A stretch of 64,000 nt of DNA, from positions 1,240,001 through 1,304,000 of the forward strand of contig NC_135822.1 of the NCBI RefSeq assembly GCF_964213995.1, in the 5' to 3' direction. Positions within the stretch are counted from its first letter, which is position 1. The number at the start of each line of letters is the position of its first letter. Positions 35,705 to 47,700 of the stretch are shown one piece after another. Below the pieces are notes generated by a model. The model searched no databases. It saw only the letters and a list, made by a program, of their open reading frames with translations, and had not been told where the DNA came from. The stretch is from Mustelus asterias (lineage: Eukaryota). The position numbers were made by a program, and so were the translations under genes.

Positions 35705-38700
35705 GTAAGCGGCTGAGGGGCGGCGGCGGAGCTTCTGGAAATTTGGCGCGGATTTACCGAGAGAAACGGTGCTGCTGTCTGGATTAGTCAATTGAGCAGG
35801 CCCCGGCTCTGTGATTGGCTGCTGCCGGCAGCCCCGGCTCTGTGATTGGTTGCTGCCGGCAGCCCCGGCTTTCTGATTGGCTGCTGCCTGCAGCCCCGGC
35901 TCTCTGATTGGCTGCCGCCCTGGCCTCCCGATTTCTGATTGGCTGCTACCCTCAGCCCCGGTTCTGATTGGTTCGAATCTATGATGCGCAGCCAGCATGG
36001 TTGGAGCAGTCCAGGAAACCATTCGGACCCTCGTGTCTGTGCTAGCTCCCTCAGCTCATCCCATTCGCCTTTCTCTGTAGCCCATGAGAGATTTTTACCC
36101 TCAGATCATTATTGAATCCTCTTTTGAAACCCACAATTGAGTTTCTCTCCAGCTCCCTCTTGGGCAACGCATTCGGCACTCTTACCACTCTCCCAGCAGA
36201 ACTGTACTCAACCCCAATCTGTAGCCTCTTGGCCCGCATATCCCCTATCTTACCATTACCCCCCAAACCACGGGGATCAATGGAGAGTGTGGAAGGGAAT
36301 GCAAGGAGCAGCACCAAGCATGCCTAAAAACGAGGTGTCAACCTGGTGAAGCTACACCACAGGACTACTTGCATGGCAAATGGCAAAAACAGCAAGTGAT
36401 AGACAGAGCTAAGCAATCCCACAACCAACAGATCGGATCTAAGCTCTGCCGTTCACATCCAAATGGTGGTGGACAATTAAACAATTCATTGGAGGAGGAG
36501 GCTCCACAAATATCCCCATCCTCAATGATGGAGGAGCTCAGCACATAAGTCTAAATCATGAGGCTGAAACATTCACAACAATCCTCAACCAGAAGTGCTG
36601 GATGGATGATCCACCTCAGCCTCCTCCAAAGGACCCCAACATAGACGAATGAGGGAGGGTCTCATAGAGACTTATAAAATTCTAACAGGACTAGACAGGG
36701 TAGATGCAAGGAGGATGTTCCCGATGGTGGGGGAGTCCAGAACCAGGGGTCACAGTCTGAGGATTCAGGGTAGACCATTTAGAATGAAGGTGAGGAGACA
36801 TTTTTTCACCCAAAGAGTGGTGAGCCTGTGGAACTCATTACCACAGGAAGTAGTTGATGCCAAAACATTGAATGTATTCAAGAGGCGGCTGGATATAGCA
36901 CTTGGGGCAAATGGGACCAAAGGTTATGGGGAAAAAGCAGGATTAGGCTATTGAGTTGGATGATTATCCATGATCGTAATGAATGGCGGAGCAGGCTCGA
37001 AGGGCCAAATGGCCTCCTATCTTTTATGTTCCTGCCACAGAGTCAGTCTTCAGTCAATTTGATTCATAGAATCCCTACGATGCAGAGGAGGCCAATTAGC
37101 TCATGGAGTCTACACCGACTCTCCAAAAGAGCATCTTACCCAGGCCCACCTCTCCGCCCTATCCCCATAACCCCATGCATTTACCACGGCTAATCCCCCT
37201 AACCTACACATCCTTGGACTCTTAAGGGGCAATTTAGCATGACCAATCCACCTAACCTGCACATCTTTGGAGTGGGAGGCAATCAGAGGAAACCCACGCA
37301 GAGATGGGGAGAATGTGCAAACTACACACAGACAGACCCAAGGCCAGAATTGAACCCAGGTCCCTGGCGCTGTGAGGCAGTGAACATAAAGCTGGACAAT
37401 TACAACCCGGCCAATTACCGCCCAATCAGTCTACTCTCGATCATCAGTAAAGTGATGGAAGGGGTTGTCAACAGTGCAATCAAATGGCACTTGCTCAGCA
37501 ATAACCTGCTCACTGATGCTCAGTTTGGGTTCTGCCAGAGCCATTCAGCTCCTTATCTCATTACATTCTTGCTTCAAACATGGCCAAAAGAGCTAAATTC
37601 CAGAGGTGAGGTGAGAGTGACTGCCCTTGTCAACAAGGTCGCATTTGACCGAGTGTGGCATCAAGAAACATTGGCAAACTGGAGTCAGTGGGAATCGGGG
37701 GAAAACTGGGATTTGTGTTGGGTCCCCTATTATTTGTCATTTTACATAAACAACATTGATGACAATGTGAGAGGTAGGATTAGTAACTTTGCGGATGACA
37801 CAAAGATTGGCCAGGTGGTTAACATTGAGGCGGAGTGTCTTGGGCTAAAAGAAGATATAGACAGACTGGGCAGATAAATGGCAGATGGAATTTAACCTGA
37901 AAAGTGTGAGGTAATACACTTTGGAAGGAGTAATTTAACGAGGAAGTATTCAATGAATGTCATGACACTCAGAAGTTCTGTGGAACAAAGGGATCTTGGC
38001 GCTTTTATCTACAGATCTCTGAAAGCGGGAGGGCATGTTAGTAGGGTGGTGAAAAAGGCATATGGGACATTTGCTTTTATCAATTGAGGCATAGATTACA
38101 AAAGCAGGGAAGTAATGTTGGCGTTATATAGAACTTTGGTGAGGCCACAGCTAGAGCACTGTGTGCAGTTCCGGTCGCCATATTATAGGAAGGATGTGAT
38201 TGCACTGGAGGGGGTGCAGAGGAGATTCACCAGGATGCTGCCTGTGATGGAGCATTTAAATTACGAAGAGAGGTTGGGTAGGCTTGGGTTGTTTTCATTG
38301 AAGCAGAGAAGACTGAGGGGGCAACCTGATTGAGGTGTACAAGATTATGAGGGACATGGACAGGGTGGATAGGGAGCAGCTGTTCCCCTTAGTTGAAGGG
38401 CGAGACACGAGGAGACATAGGGGTAAGAGGTTTAGGAGGGATGTGAGGAAAAACCTTTTTACCCAGTTGGTGTTGACGGTCTGGAATGCACTGCCTGGGA
38501 GGGTGGGTAGAGGCGGGTTGCCTCACAACCTGGATGAGCACTTGGCATGTTATAACATTCAAGGCTATGGGCCAATTGGAAACCTCTAGCACATGATGTC
38601 AATTACAATGTAATACATCAGTGCTTTGCTATTGACACTGATTGGCCTCTGATCAATGGATGTCCCCCAGTCAAACCAGTGTAATTTAGCATGAGACATT

Positions 38701-41700
38701 GGAAAGAGGTACTCTTCTTACTGATCAAGTGAATGCCTCATCAAGTGTTTGTCCAGCTGGAAGACATAGAAACATAGAAAACTACAGCACAAAACAAGCC
38801 CTTTGGCCCCACAAGTTGTGCCGAACATATCCCTACCTTTTAGGCCTACCTATAACCCTCCATCCTGTTAAGTCCCACGTACTCATCCAGGAGTCTCTTA
38901 AAAGACCCTATTGAGTTTGCCTCCACCACCACTGACGGCAGCCGATTCCACTCGCCCACTACCCTCTGTGAAAAACTTCCCCCTAACATTTCCCCTGTAC
39001 CTACCCCCCAGCACCTTAAGCCTGTGTCCTCTCGCAGCAGCCATTTCCACCCTGGGAAAAAGCCTCTGAGAGTCCACCCGATCTATGCCTCTCAACATCT
39101 TATACACCTCTATTAGGTCTCCTCTCATCCTACGTCTCTCCAAGGAGAAAAGACCGAGCTCCCTCAGCCTATCCTCATAAGGCATGCCACTCAATCCAGG
39201 CAACATCCTTGTAAATCTCCTCTGCACTCTTTCAATCTTTTCCACATCCTTCCTGTAATGAGGCAACCAGAACTGAGCACAGTACTCCAAGTGGGGTCTG
39301 ATGAGGGTCTTATATAGCTGTATCATTATCCCCAGACTCCTAAACTCAATCCCTCGATTGATAAAGGCCAGCACACCATACGCCTTCTTAACCACCAATA
39401 TACCGATAAAAAATTTGATGGGAAAGCATTCTTTTAGAATTCTGATTATGTAACTCTCCAGAGAAATAAGCTTGCAAAGTGAAAGCAACATAGATTGTTT
39501 CCCATTCTGTACATATTGGGTATGGTTAATTTTGCTGTTGTGTTGTTGAACAGTATTATTCTATAATTCCACTGAGCATGGAAAGGATAACTGATCTGGC
39601 TTTCGTGCATGATCCAGCAGTCCAGAATGGTACAAATCTGATTGATGTAGAAAGAATCTACCTTCTGCCATAGTCAATTATATGATGGTTTGAGTTATGG
39701 GGGGAGGCTGGATGGACTGGGACTTTTTTCTCTGGAGCGTAGAGGGCTGAGGGGTGAACTTGTTGAGGTCTATAGAATGATGAGGAGCATAGATCAGCTA
39801 GATAGTCAATATCTTTTCCCAGAGGTAGGGGAGTCTGGGACTAGAGGGCACAGGTTTAAGGTGAGAGGGGAGAGATACAAAAGTGTCCAGGGGGGCAATT
39901 TCTTTCACACAGAGTGTGGTGAGTGTCTGGAACAAGCTGCCGGAGGTAGTAGTGGAGGCGGGTACAATTTTGTCTTTTGGAAAGCATTTGGACAGTTACA
40001 TGGGTAAATGGGTATGGAGGGATATGGGCCAAATGCGGGCAATTTGGACTAGCTTCAGGATTTAAAAAAAAAGGGTGGCATGGACAAGTTGGGCCGAAGG
40101 GCCTGTTTCCATGCTGTAAACCTCTATGACTCTAAGTGCTGGTAAATGGGATGCGGTGGGAGTTCAGGTGTTTCTCGCGTGCTGGTGAGGACCCGATGTG
40201 CCGATGTGTACTGTATGATTCTATGGTTGGAGTCATACCGAGCACAAAGGAAGATGGTTGTCCTATCAGTCATATCAGTTCAAGGGCATCACTACAGGAG
40301 TTCTTCAGGCCCAGCTATCTTCAGCTGCTTCATCAGTGATCTTCCTCCCATCATAAGGTCAGAAGTCAGGATTTTTGCTGATGATTGCACAATGTTCAGC
40401 ACCATTCACTACTCAGATGCTGAAGCAGTCCATGTCCAAATGCAGCAAGACCTGAACGATGTTCAAGTTTGGGCTGATAAGTGGCAAGTAATATTCACGC
40501 CACACAAGTGCCAGGCAATGACCATCATCAACAAGAGAGAATCTAACCATCGCCTCTTTGACATTCGGTGGCATGGATGAGTGCAGCTCCAACAATACAC
40601 AAGAAGTTAACATCATTTGGGACAAAGCTGCCCGCTTGATTGGCATCATGCACTCTCTCCACCACCGACACACAGTGGCAGTGTGTACCATCTACAAAAT
40701 GCACTGTAGGAACTCGCCAAGGCTCCTTAGACAACACCTTCCAAACCCACGACTCGATCGCTGTGGAACCAGCCGTGTTGGCTCCATGAGGCCCTGCCTC
40801 AACAGAGAGACAGCGCAAAACATGCTCTGAGGTGTTACTTGTGTCAAGAGCCAGAAAACCTGGTCTGAAAACTTGGCTGTGTTTCTGGAGAGACAGACGC
40901 TGGTTTTCAGTCAGCACCTGACGGTCTGGATGGAATTTTACCAAACGTTTGTTAACGTGCTGATTGTAAAATCCTCATCCTTGTTTCCCAATTCCTCAAT
41001 GGCCCTGTTTCTGTTATCAGGGTAAATTAGTGGGGTTACGAGGATAGGGCCTGGATGGGATTGTTGTCGGTGCAGGCTCGATGGACCGAATGTCCTCCAT
41101 CTGTACTGTAGGGGTTCTATGATTCTAAGGTAACTGTTTTTCTCTTTAGAAGGCAGGGGTAATATAAATTCATCTGTTATGAATCAATTTCAAGTCACAG
41201 TTTTCAATCTGTGGTGTGTGGAGTGATACAGAAACCTGTGTGGTGATTTCTGTATTTTTTTGATCTGGCTAGGGGATTATTTCAGTTTTATGTAAATTGT
41301 TTTATAAGAAAAACTCTGATCAAATAATATTCCCAGACTCTGGGAGCAGTTATGTGACTGGGTTACTTAGCAGTAGGAACACTTCACCTCAGCTGCTTGA
41401 CAGGCACTCTGCTGGAAAGGAGAGGAGGATAGAAAATGGATGAAAGTCTCCGGTGTGGAGCCGAACCAGGCACCATTTTAAAAACATTTCTTTCATGGTT
41501 GCTCCTAATTCCTGGGATGGAGTTTGTCTTTACCCCTTGCACCTCCTTCAGGATCTCCTTGTCTTTGGGCAGTTGGGGAATAAGTCTATATGGCAAGATA
41601 GTGAGAATCTATCATATTTATAGAAGATGCCTGATAGCAATAATGTAATTCTGAAAGATGTGTTGGTTAGGGTGCATTGACCCGAGTAGGCGCCGGACTG

Positions 41701-44700
41701 TGGCGACTAGGGGAATTTCACAGTAACTTCATTACAATGTTAATGTAAGTCTTACTTGTGACTAATAAATAAACTTTTATTTTTCAATAATTTAAAATCA
41801 CTGGCTTTAAAAATAAATTTGCATCTGAGCCCTCAGTTTGTTTTTTCTCCCTGTTTCCCGCTCAGGTTTTCTTTCTTACCCGACCCAATCTAGCTACATC
41901 GACATGCCGTGGAGGGTAAATTCACTTCAATTGCTAATTATATCAGCACTAGCAGGTTATAGGTAATTACCCCAAGGAAGAGAAAGCCATGATTATTCAA
42001 AGAGTCTAAAACTTGCTAGTCAACTGAACGTGTTAGTGACAGTGACGAAAGATCCAGGGATTTGCCTCCCTGACATTCCTTAGGTGGGAGATGCAATTTC
42101 ATGCGGATGATGCATGGTATTCCCCCCCCCATTCCCTTTTCCGTACACAGCAGAGATGTGCAGAGCAATGACAAGCTGTCATTGTCAAGGGATTTCAGGG
42201 ATTTCTAAGGAACATTCCTTGGGCTCTGGAAACAGTTATTATTCGAGGATTTCAGGGATTTGACTGTGAAGGAAGACCTGGGTTGTACAAACCACAGGGG
42301 TAATAGAAACATAGAAACTTGGGTCAAGGGGAGCGAGAGCTAGGTGAAGATATTTGAGGGTTTGGAGAAAAGGCAGTGTTCCCCTGTACTTTACTTCAAT
42401 CTGAATTTTAAAAATATCCTTTTTAAAAGGAGTATATTACCAACCTCACAGGAGCTTGGAGGTAGTTCCATACCACACGTTGTGCAGGTTCAGAGAATTG
42501 ATTGGGTGGCATGGTAGCACAGTGGTTTGCACATTCTTCCTGTGTCTGCATGGGTTTCCTCCGGGTGCTCCAGTTTTCTCCCACAGTCCAAAGGTGTGCA
42601 GTTTAGGTGGATTGGCACAGTGGTTAGCGCTGCTGCTTCACAGCGCCAGGGACCCGGGTTCAATTCCCGGCTTGAGTCACTGTGTGGAGTTTGCACGTTT
42701 TCTCCGTGTCTGCGTGGGTTTCCTCCGGGTGCTCCGGTTTCCTCCCACGGTCTGAAAGACGTGCTGGTTAGGTGCATTGACCCGAACAGGCGCTGGACTG
42801 TGGCGACTAGGGGAATTTCACAGTAACTTCATTGCAGTGTTAATGTAAGCCTTACTTGTTACTAATAAATAAACTTTACTTTGTTACAGCAACAAGGAGG
42901 CCATTTGGCCCCTTGTCTGTGCCAGGGCTGATATAACCTTATGTCTTGCCTGTTGATGAAAGATGCAGCGAGATCATACACTACACCAGCTGCTGATGAT
43001 AGAGCAAATTGTTCCAACACAATTGCTTCGTCTAGGTGTTCAGAATCTACTTAAACAGCCAGTGAAAAATCCAGTGAATGACACCAAACTGCAGCGTTTG
43101 GAGTGGGGCGGAGGGGAGGGGAGGAGAGAAGAGAAAGCTGGCAGTGCACTGTGGTTCAGTTGTTAAATTTACATGAAATTTAGACTTCCGTGTACAGTAC
43201 ATGGAGCTGTGGCAGCAGTCGGTATGAGATGTGATTAGGAACAATATGTCTGATGGGAAGGTTTCCACACGACCTTTTGAATCCAAGAGTGGTAAAGATG
43301 CAGTGACTTTATGCTGTAGGATCTTCAGTGAGTCAAACCTGGTTTATATCAACAATCTTGAGACAATATCCTGCACATATTTCCCTAGGGTAAGGGGATT
43401 GGATGGGAAGGAGTTCATTAGGTGTGTTCAGGAGGATTTCCTGACACAGCATGTGGACAAGCCTACAAGAGGAGAGGCTGTACTTGATCTGATACTGACC
43501 AATGAACCTGGACAGGTGTCAGATCTCTCAGTGGGAGAGCATCTTGGGGATAGCGATCATACCTCTATTTCCTTTATGCTTGCATTGGAAAAAGAGAGGA
43601 TCAGGCTAGCTAGGAAAGCGTTTATATGGCGTAAGGGGAAATATGAAGACATAAGGCAGCAAATTAGAGGAGTAAATTGGAAGGAGGTATTCTCGGGGAA
43701 ATGTACTGAAGAGAGGTGGCAGTTTTTCAAGGAATGCCTGTCTAGAGTTCTACAGGACAACGTTCCGAGCAGACAGGGAGGTAGGTTAAAGGAATCATGG
43801 TGCACGAAAGCTGTGCGGGACCTAATCGCGAAGAAAAGGAAAGCGTACAAAAGGTTCAGAGAGCTTGACGAAGATAGGGATCTAGATGAGTATACGGCTT
43901 GTAGGAAGGGACTAAAGAAGGAAATTAGGAGACCCAGAAGGGTTCAAGAGAAGGCCTTGACAGGTAGGATTAAGGAGAACCCTAAGGCGTTCTATAAATA
44001 TGTGAAAAGTAAAAGGATGAGACGTGAAGGAATAGGGCCTATAAAAGGTGAAGGCGGGAAGGTCTGGATAGAACCAGTAGAAATGGCAGAGGTGCTCAAT
44101 GAGTATTTTGCCTCGGTTTTCACTGAGGAAAAGGACCTGGGTGGATGTACTGCGGACTTGCGGTGGACTGAAAAGATTGAGTATGTGGACTTTAACAAAG
44201 AGGTTGTGCTGGAATCTTTGAATGGCATCAAAATAGATAAGTCGCCGGGTCCGGATGGGATGTACCCCAGGTTACTGTGGGAGGCGAGGGAAGAGATTGC
44301 AGAGCCTCTGGTGATGATCTTTGCGTCGTTGATGGAGACGGGAGAGGTGGCGGAGGATTGGAGGATTGCGGATGTGGTTCCTATTTTCAAGAAGGGGAAT
44401 AGGGATAGCCCAGGAAATTACCGATCGGTGAGTCTAACCTCAGTAGTTGGTAAGCTGATGGAGAAGATCCTGAGGGACAAGATTTATGAGCATTTAGAGA
44501 GGTTTAGTATGCTCAAGAATACTCAGCATGGCTTTGTCAAAGGCAGATCGTGCCTTACGAGCCTGGTAGAGTTCTTCGAAAATGTGACTAAACACATTGA
44601 CGAAGGGAAAGCGGTAGATGTGGTTTATATGGATTTTAGCAAGGCGTTCGATAAGGTCCCCATGCAAGGCTTCTAGAAAAAGTGAGAGGGCATGGGATCC

Positions 44701-47700
44701 AAAGGGCTGCTGCCCTGTGGATCCAGAACTGGCTTGCCCAAAGGAGGCAGAGAGTGGGTATAGATGGGTCTTTTTCTAAATGGAGGTCGGTCACCAGTGG
44801 TGTGCCCCAGGGATCTGTTCTGGGACCCTTGCTGTTTGTCATTTTCATAAATGACCTGGATGAGGAAGTGGAGGGATGGGTTGGTAAGTTTGCCGACGCC
44901 ATGAAGGTTGGTGGGGTTGTGGATAGTCTGGAGGGATGTCAGAAGTTACAGAGGGACATAGATAGGATGCAAGACTGGGCGGACAAGTGGCAGATGGACT
45001 TCAACCCAGATAAATGCGTCGTGGTCCATTTTGGCAGGTCAAATGGGATGAAGGAGTACAATATAAAGGGAAAGACTCTTAGTACTGTGGAGGATCTGAA
45101 GGACCTTGGGGTCCGGATCCATAGGACTCTAAAATCGGCCCCGCAGGTGGAGGAGGTGGTCAAGAAGGCGTATGGTGTGCTGGCCTTTATCAATCGAGGG
45201 ATTGAGCTTAGGAGTCCGGGGATAATGATGCAGCTATATAAGACCCTCGTCTGACCCCACTTGGAGTACTATGCTCAGTTCTGGTCGCCTCATTACAGGA
45301 AGGATGTGGAAAAGATTGAAAGGGTGCAGAGGAGATTTACAAGGATGTTGCCTGGATTGAGTGGCATGCCTTATGAGGATAGGCTGAGGGAGCTCGGTCT
45401 TTTCTCCTTGGAGAGACGTAGGATGAGAGGAGACCTAATAGAGGTATATAAGATGTTGAGAGGCATAGATCGAGTGGACTCTCAGAGGCTTTTTCCCAGG
45501 GTGGAAATGGCTGCTACGAGAGGACACAGGTTTAAGGTGCTGGGGGGTTGTTACAGGGGAAATGTTAGGGGGAAGCTTTTCATACAGAGGGTGGTGGGCG
45601 AGTGGAATCGGCTGCCGTCAGTGGTGGTGGAGGCAAACTCAATAGGGACTTTTAAGAGACTCCTGGATGAGTACATGGGACTTAATAGGATGGAGGGTTA
45701 TAGGTAGGCCGAGAAGGTAGGGATATGTTCGGCACAACTTGTGGGGCCGAAGGGCGTGTTTGTGCTGTAGTTTTCTATGTTTCTATTTAGTTTAGTGATG
45801 TAGTATGCCACATAGCATACCACAACTTATAACCTTTCAAAATTCCTCATTTTGATTTGTTAACCTGCTCAAACTTTTGAAAATTGATGAAAGTTATGTG
45901 ATAACTTTCCGAAGATGTGTGGGCTAGGTTGATTGGCCATTCTAAATTGCCCCTTAGTGTCCCGGGATGCATAGGTTAGAGGGGTTAGTGGGTAAATATG
46001 TAGGGATATGTGGATAGGGCCTGGGTGGGATTGTGGTTGGTGCAGACTCGATGGGCCAATGGCCTCTTTCTGCACTGTAGGATTCTATGATTCTATAAAC
46101 ATAAACAAATTATACGGACGAACCCGTTTATCTCTCACAGGAAGTGGGCCGGATGAAGATTGAGTTGTTTGCTGATGTAGTGCCCAGGGTAGCAGAGAAC
46201 ATCAGGTAAAGTGCCACTGTTAATTGACAATATTTACTTTAATAATATTCTTTCTTGTTATTATCACTGACTGTATTTGTTTTCTTATTTTAGGCAGTTC
46301 TGTACTGGAGAATTCAGGTTAGTATTAGCTTTCATTCCATTTAAGAATCACGTGGTTCGATGTTATTACCAGTATTCTGAAAACTCGATGCCAAAGGAGG
46401 CCCCCAGTGTTACCAGTACGCATCAGATTTTATTTTCCTGTTTTAATTAATTGGATGTGGGTGTCGCTGGCTGGGCCATCCCTAATTGCCCTTAAACTGA
46501 GTGGCTTGCTGGGCCATTTCAGAGGACGTTCAAGAGTCAACTACATTGCTGCGAATCTGGAGTCAGGTAAGGATGGCAAATTTCCTTCCCTAAAGGATAT
46601 TAGTAAACCAGATCGGTTTTTACACTGATGACGGTCAGCTTTAGACTTTCAATTCCAGATTTTTAAAAATTGTACTTTTTTAAATTTCACCATCTGCCAT
46701 GGTGGGGATTCAGGCCCAGGTTCCCAGAGCATTACCCTGGGTCTCTGGATTATTTGTTTTTTAAAGTTTATTTATCAGTCACAAGTAAGGCAATGAAGTT
46801 ACTGTGAAATTCCCGGAATCACCACAGTCCGGTGCCTGTTCACGTCAATGCACCTAACCAGCACTTCTTTCAGAATGTGGGAGGAAACCGGAGCACCCGG
46901 AGGAAACCCACGCAGACACGGGGAGAACGTGCAAACTCCACACAGACAGTGACCCAAGCCGGGAATTGAACCCGGGTCCCTGGTGCTGTGAAGCAGCAGT
47001 GCTAACCACTGTGCTACCATGCCGCCCCAGTGATAATACCGCTATGCCACCACCTCCCCAGATGAATTACTCATATTTTCTTTTCAACCAACCATTTATG
47101 TGGTTACTGTTTTCTTCGATCAATGATGAGCAGCAGCTTAAATCTAAAGGGATTGAGCATAAAGGGCTGAGTCGAATGAAGGTGGAACATGCTGGTGCTA
47201 ATACAGCTTCTCCCTCTCTCTTTCCTGGCTATTCCAGCACCCATTCTTCATGAGTGAACGTTGTTACTGATGCTGTTTTCTACTGTGAAGACCATTGCAA
47301 TGAAGCCCATGCCCCTAATTACCCATTGGTCACATCTACATTTCAGGGAATAGTTACTGAACAGCAAGAAAGTGCTGGGGTCTGAGATCACCCAACTTTC
47401 CAGAGTGGTGTGGGGTTTAATTTAAATTGGCGCACTTAGCTAAGAACAGAAGCATGCCATTTGCCCCATCAAGTCTACTCTGTTTTGTTAGCAGTGGGAG
47501 CCACCTTTCTAATTTTAATCTGCCTGCCCCCTCCCCATAGTACTTGTGAAATGCTTGTTCTCTATGTATGAGTGTGTGTGTGTCTTCTGGTGTCTACTTT
47601 GCTTCATTGTCCTCTGATTTCCCATTGTTATAATGGTTACAAAATAGATCATACACCAGCAACTTGCAGCTATCCTTGAAATCATTTTGCTGACTGCATT

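Noticed and set aside
43231-44676. 481-aa ORF as a host gene
   Set aside because: It is CR1 ORF2 sequence with a fortuitous upstream in-frame extension, frameshifted before the RT core ends.
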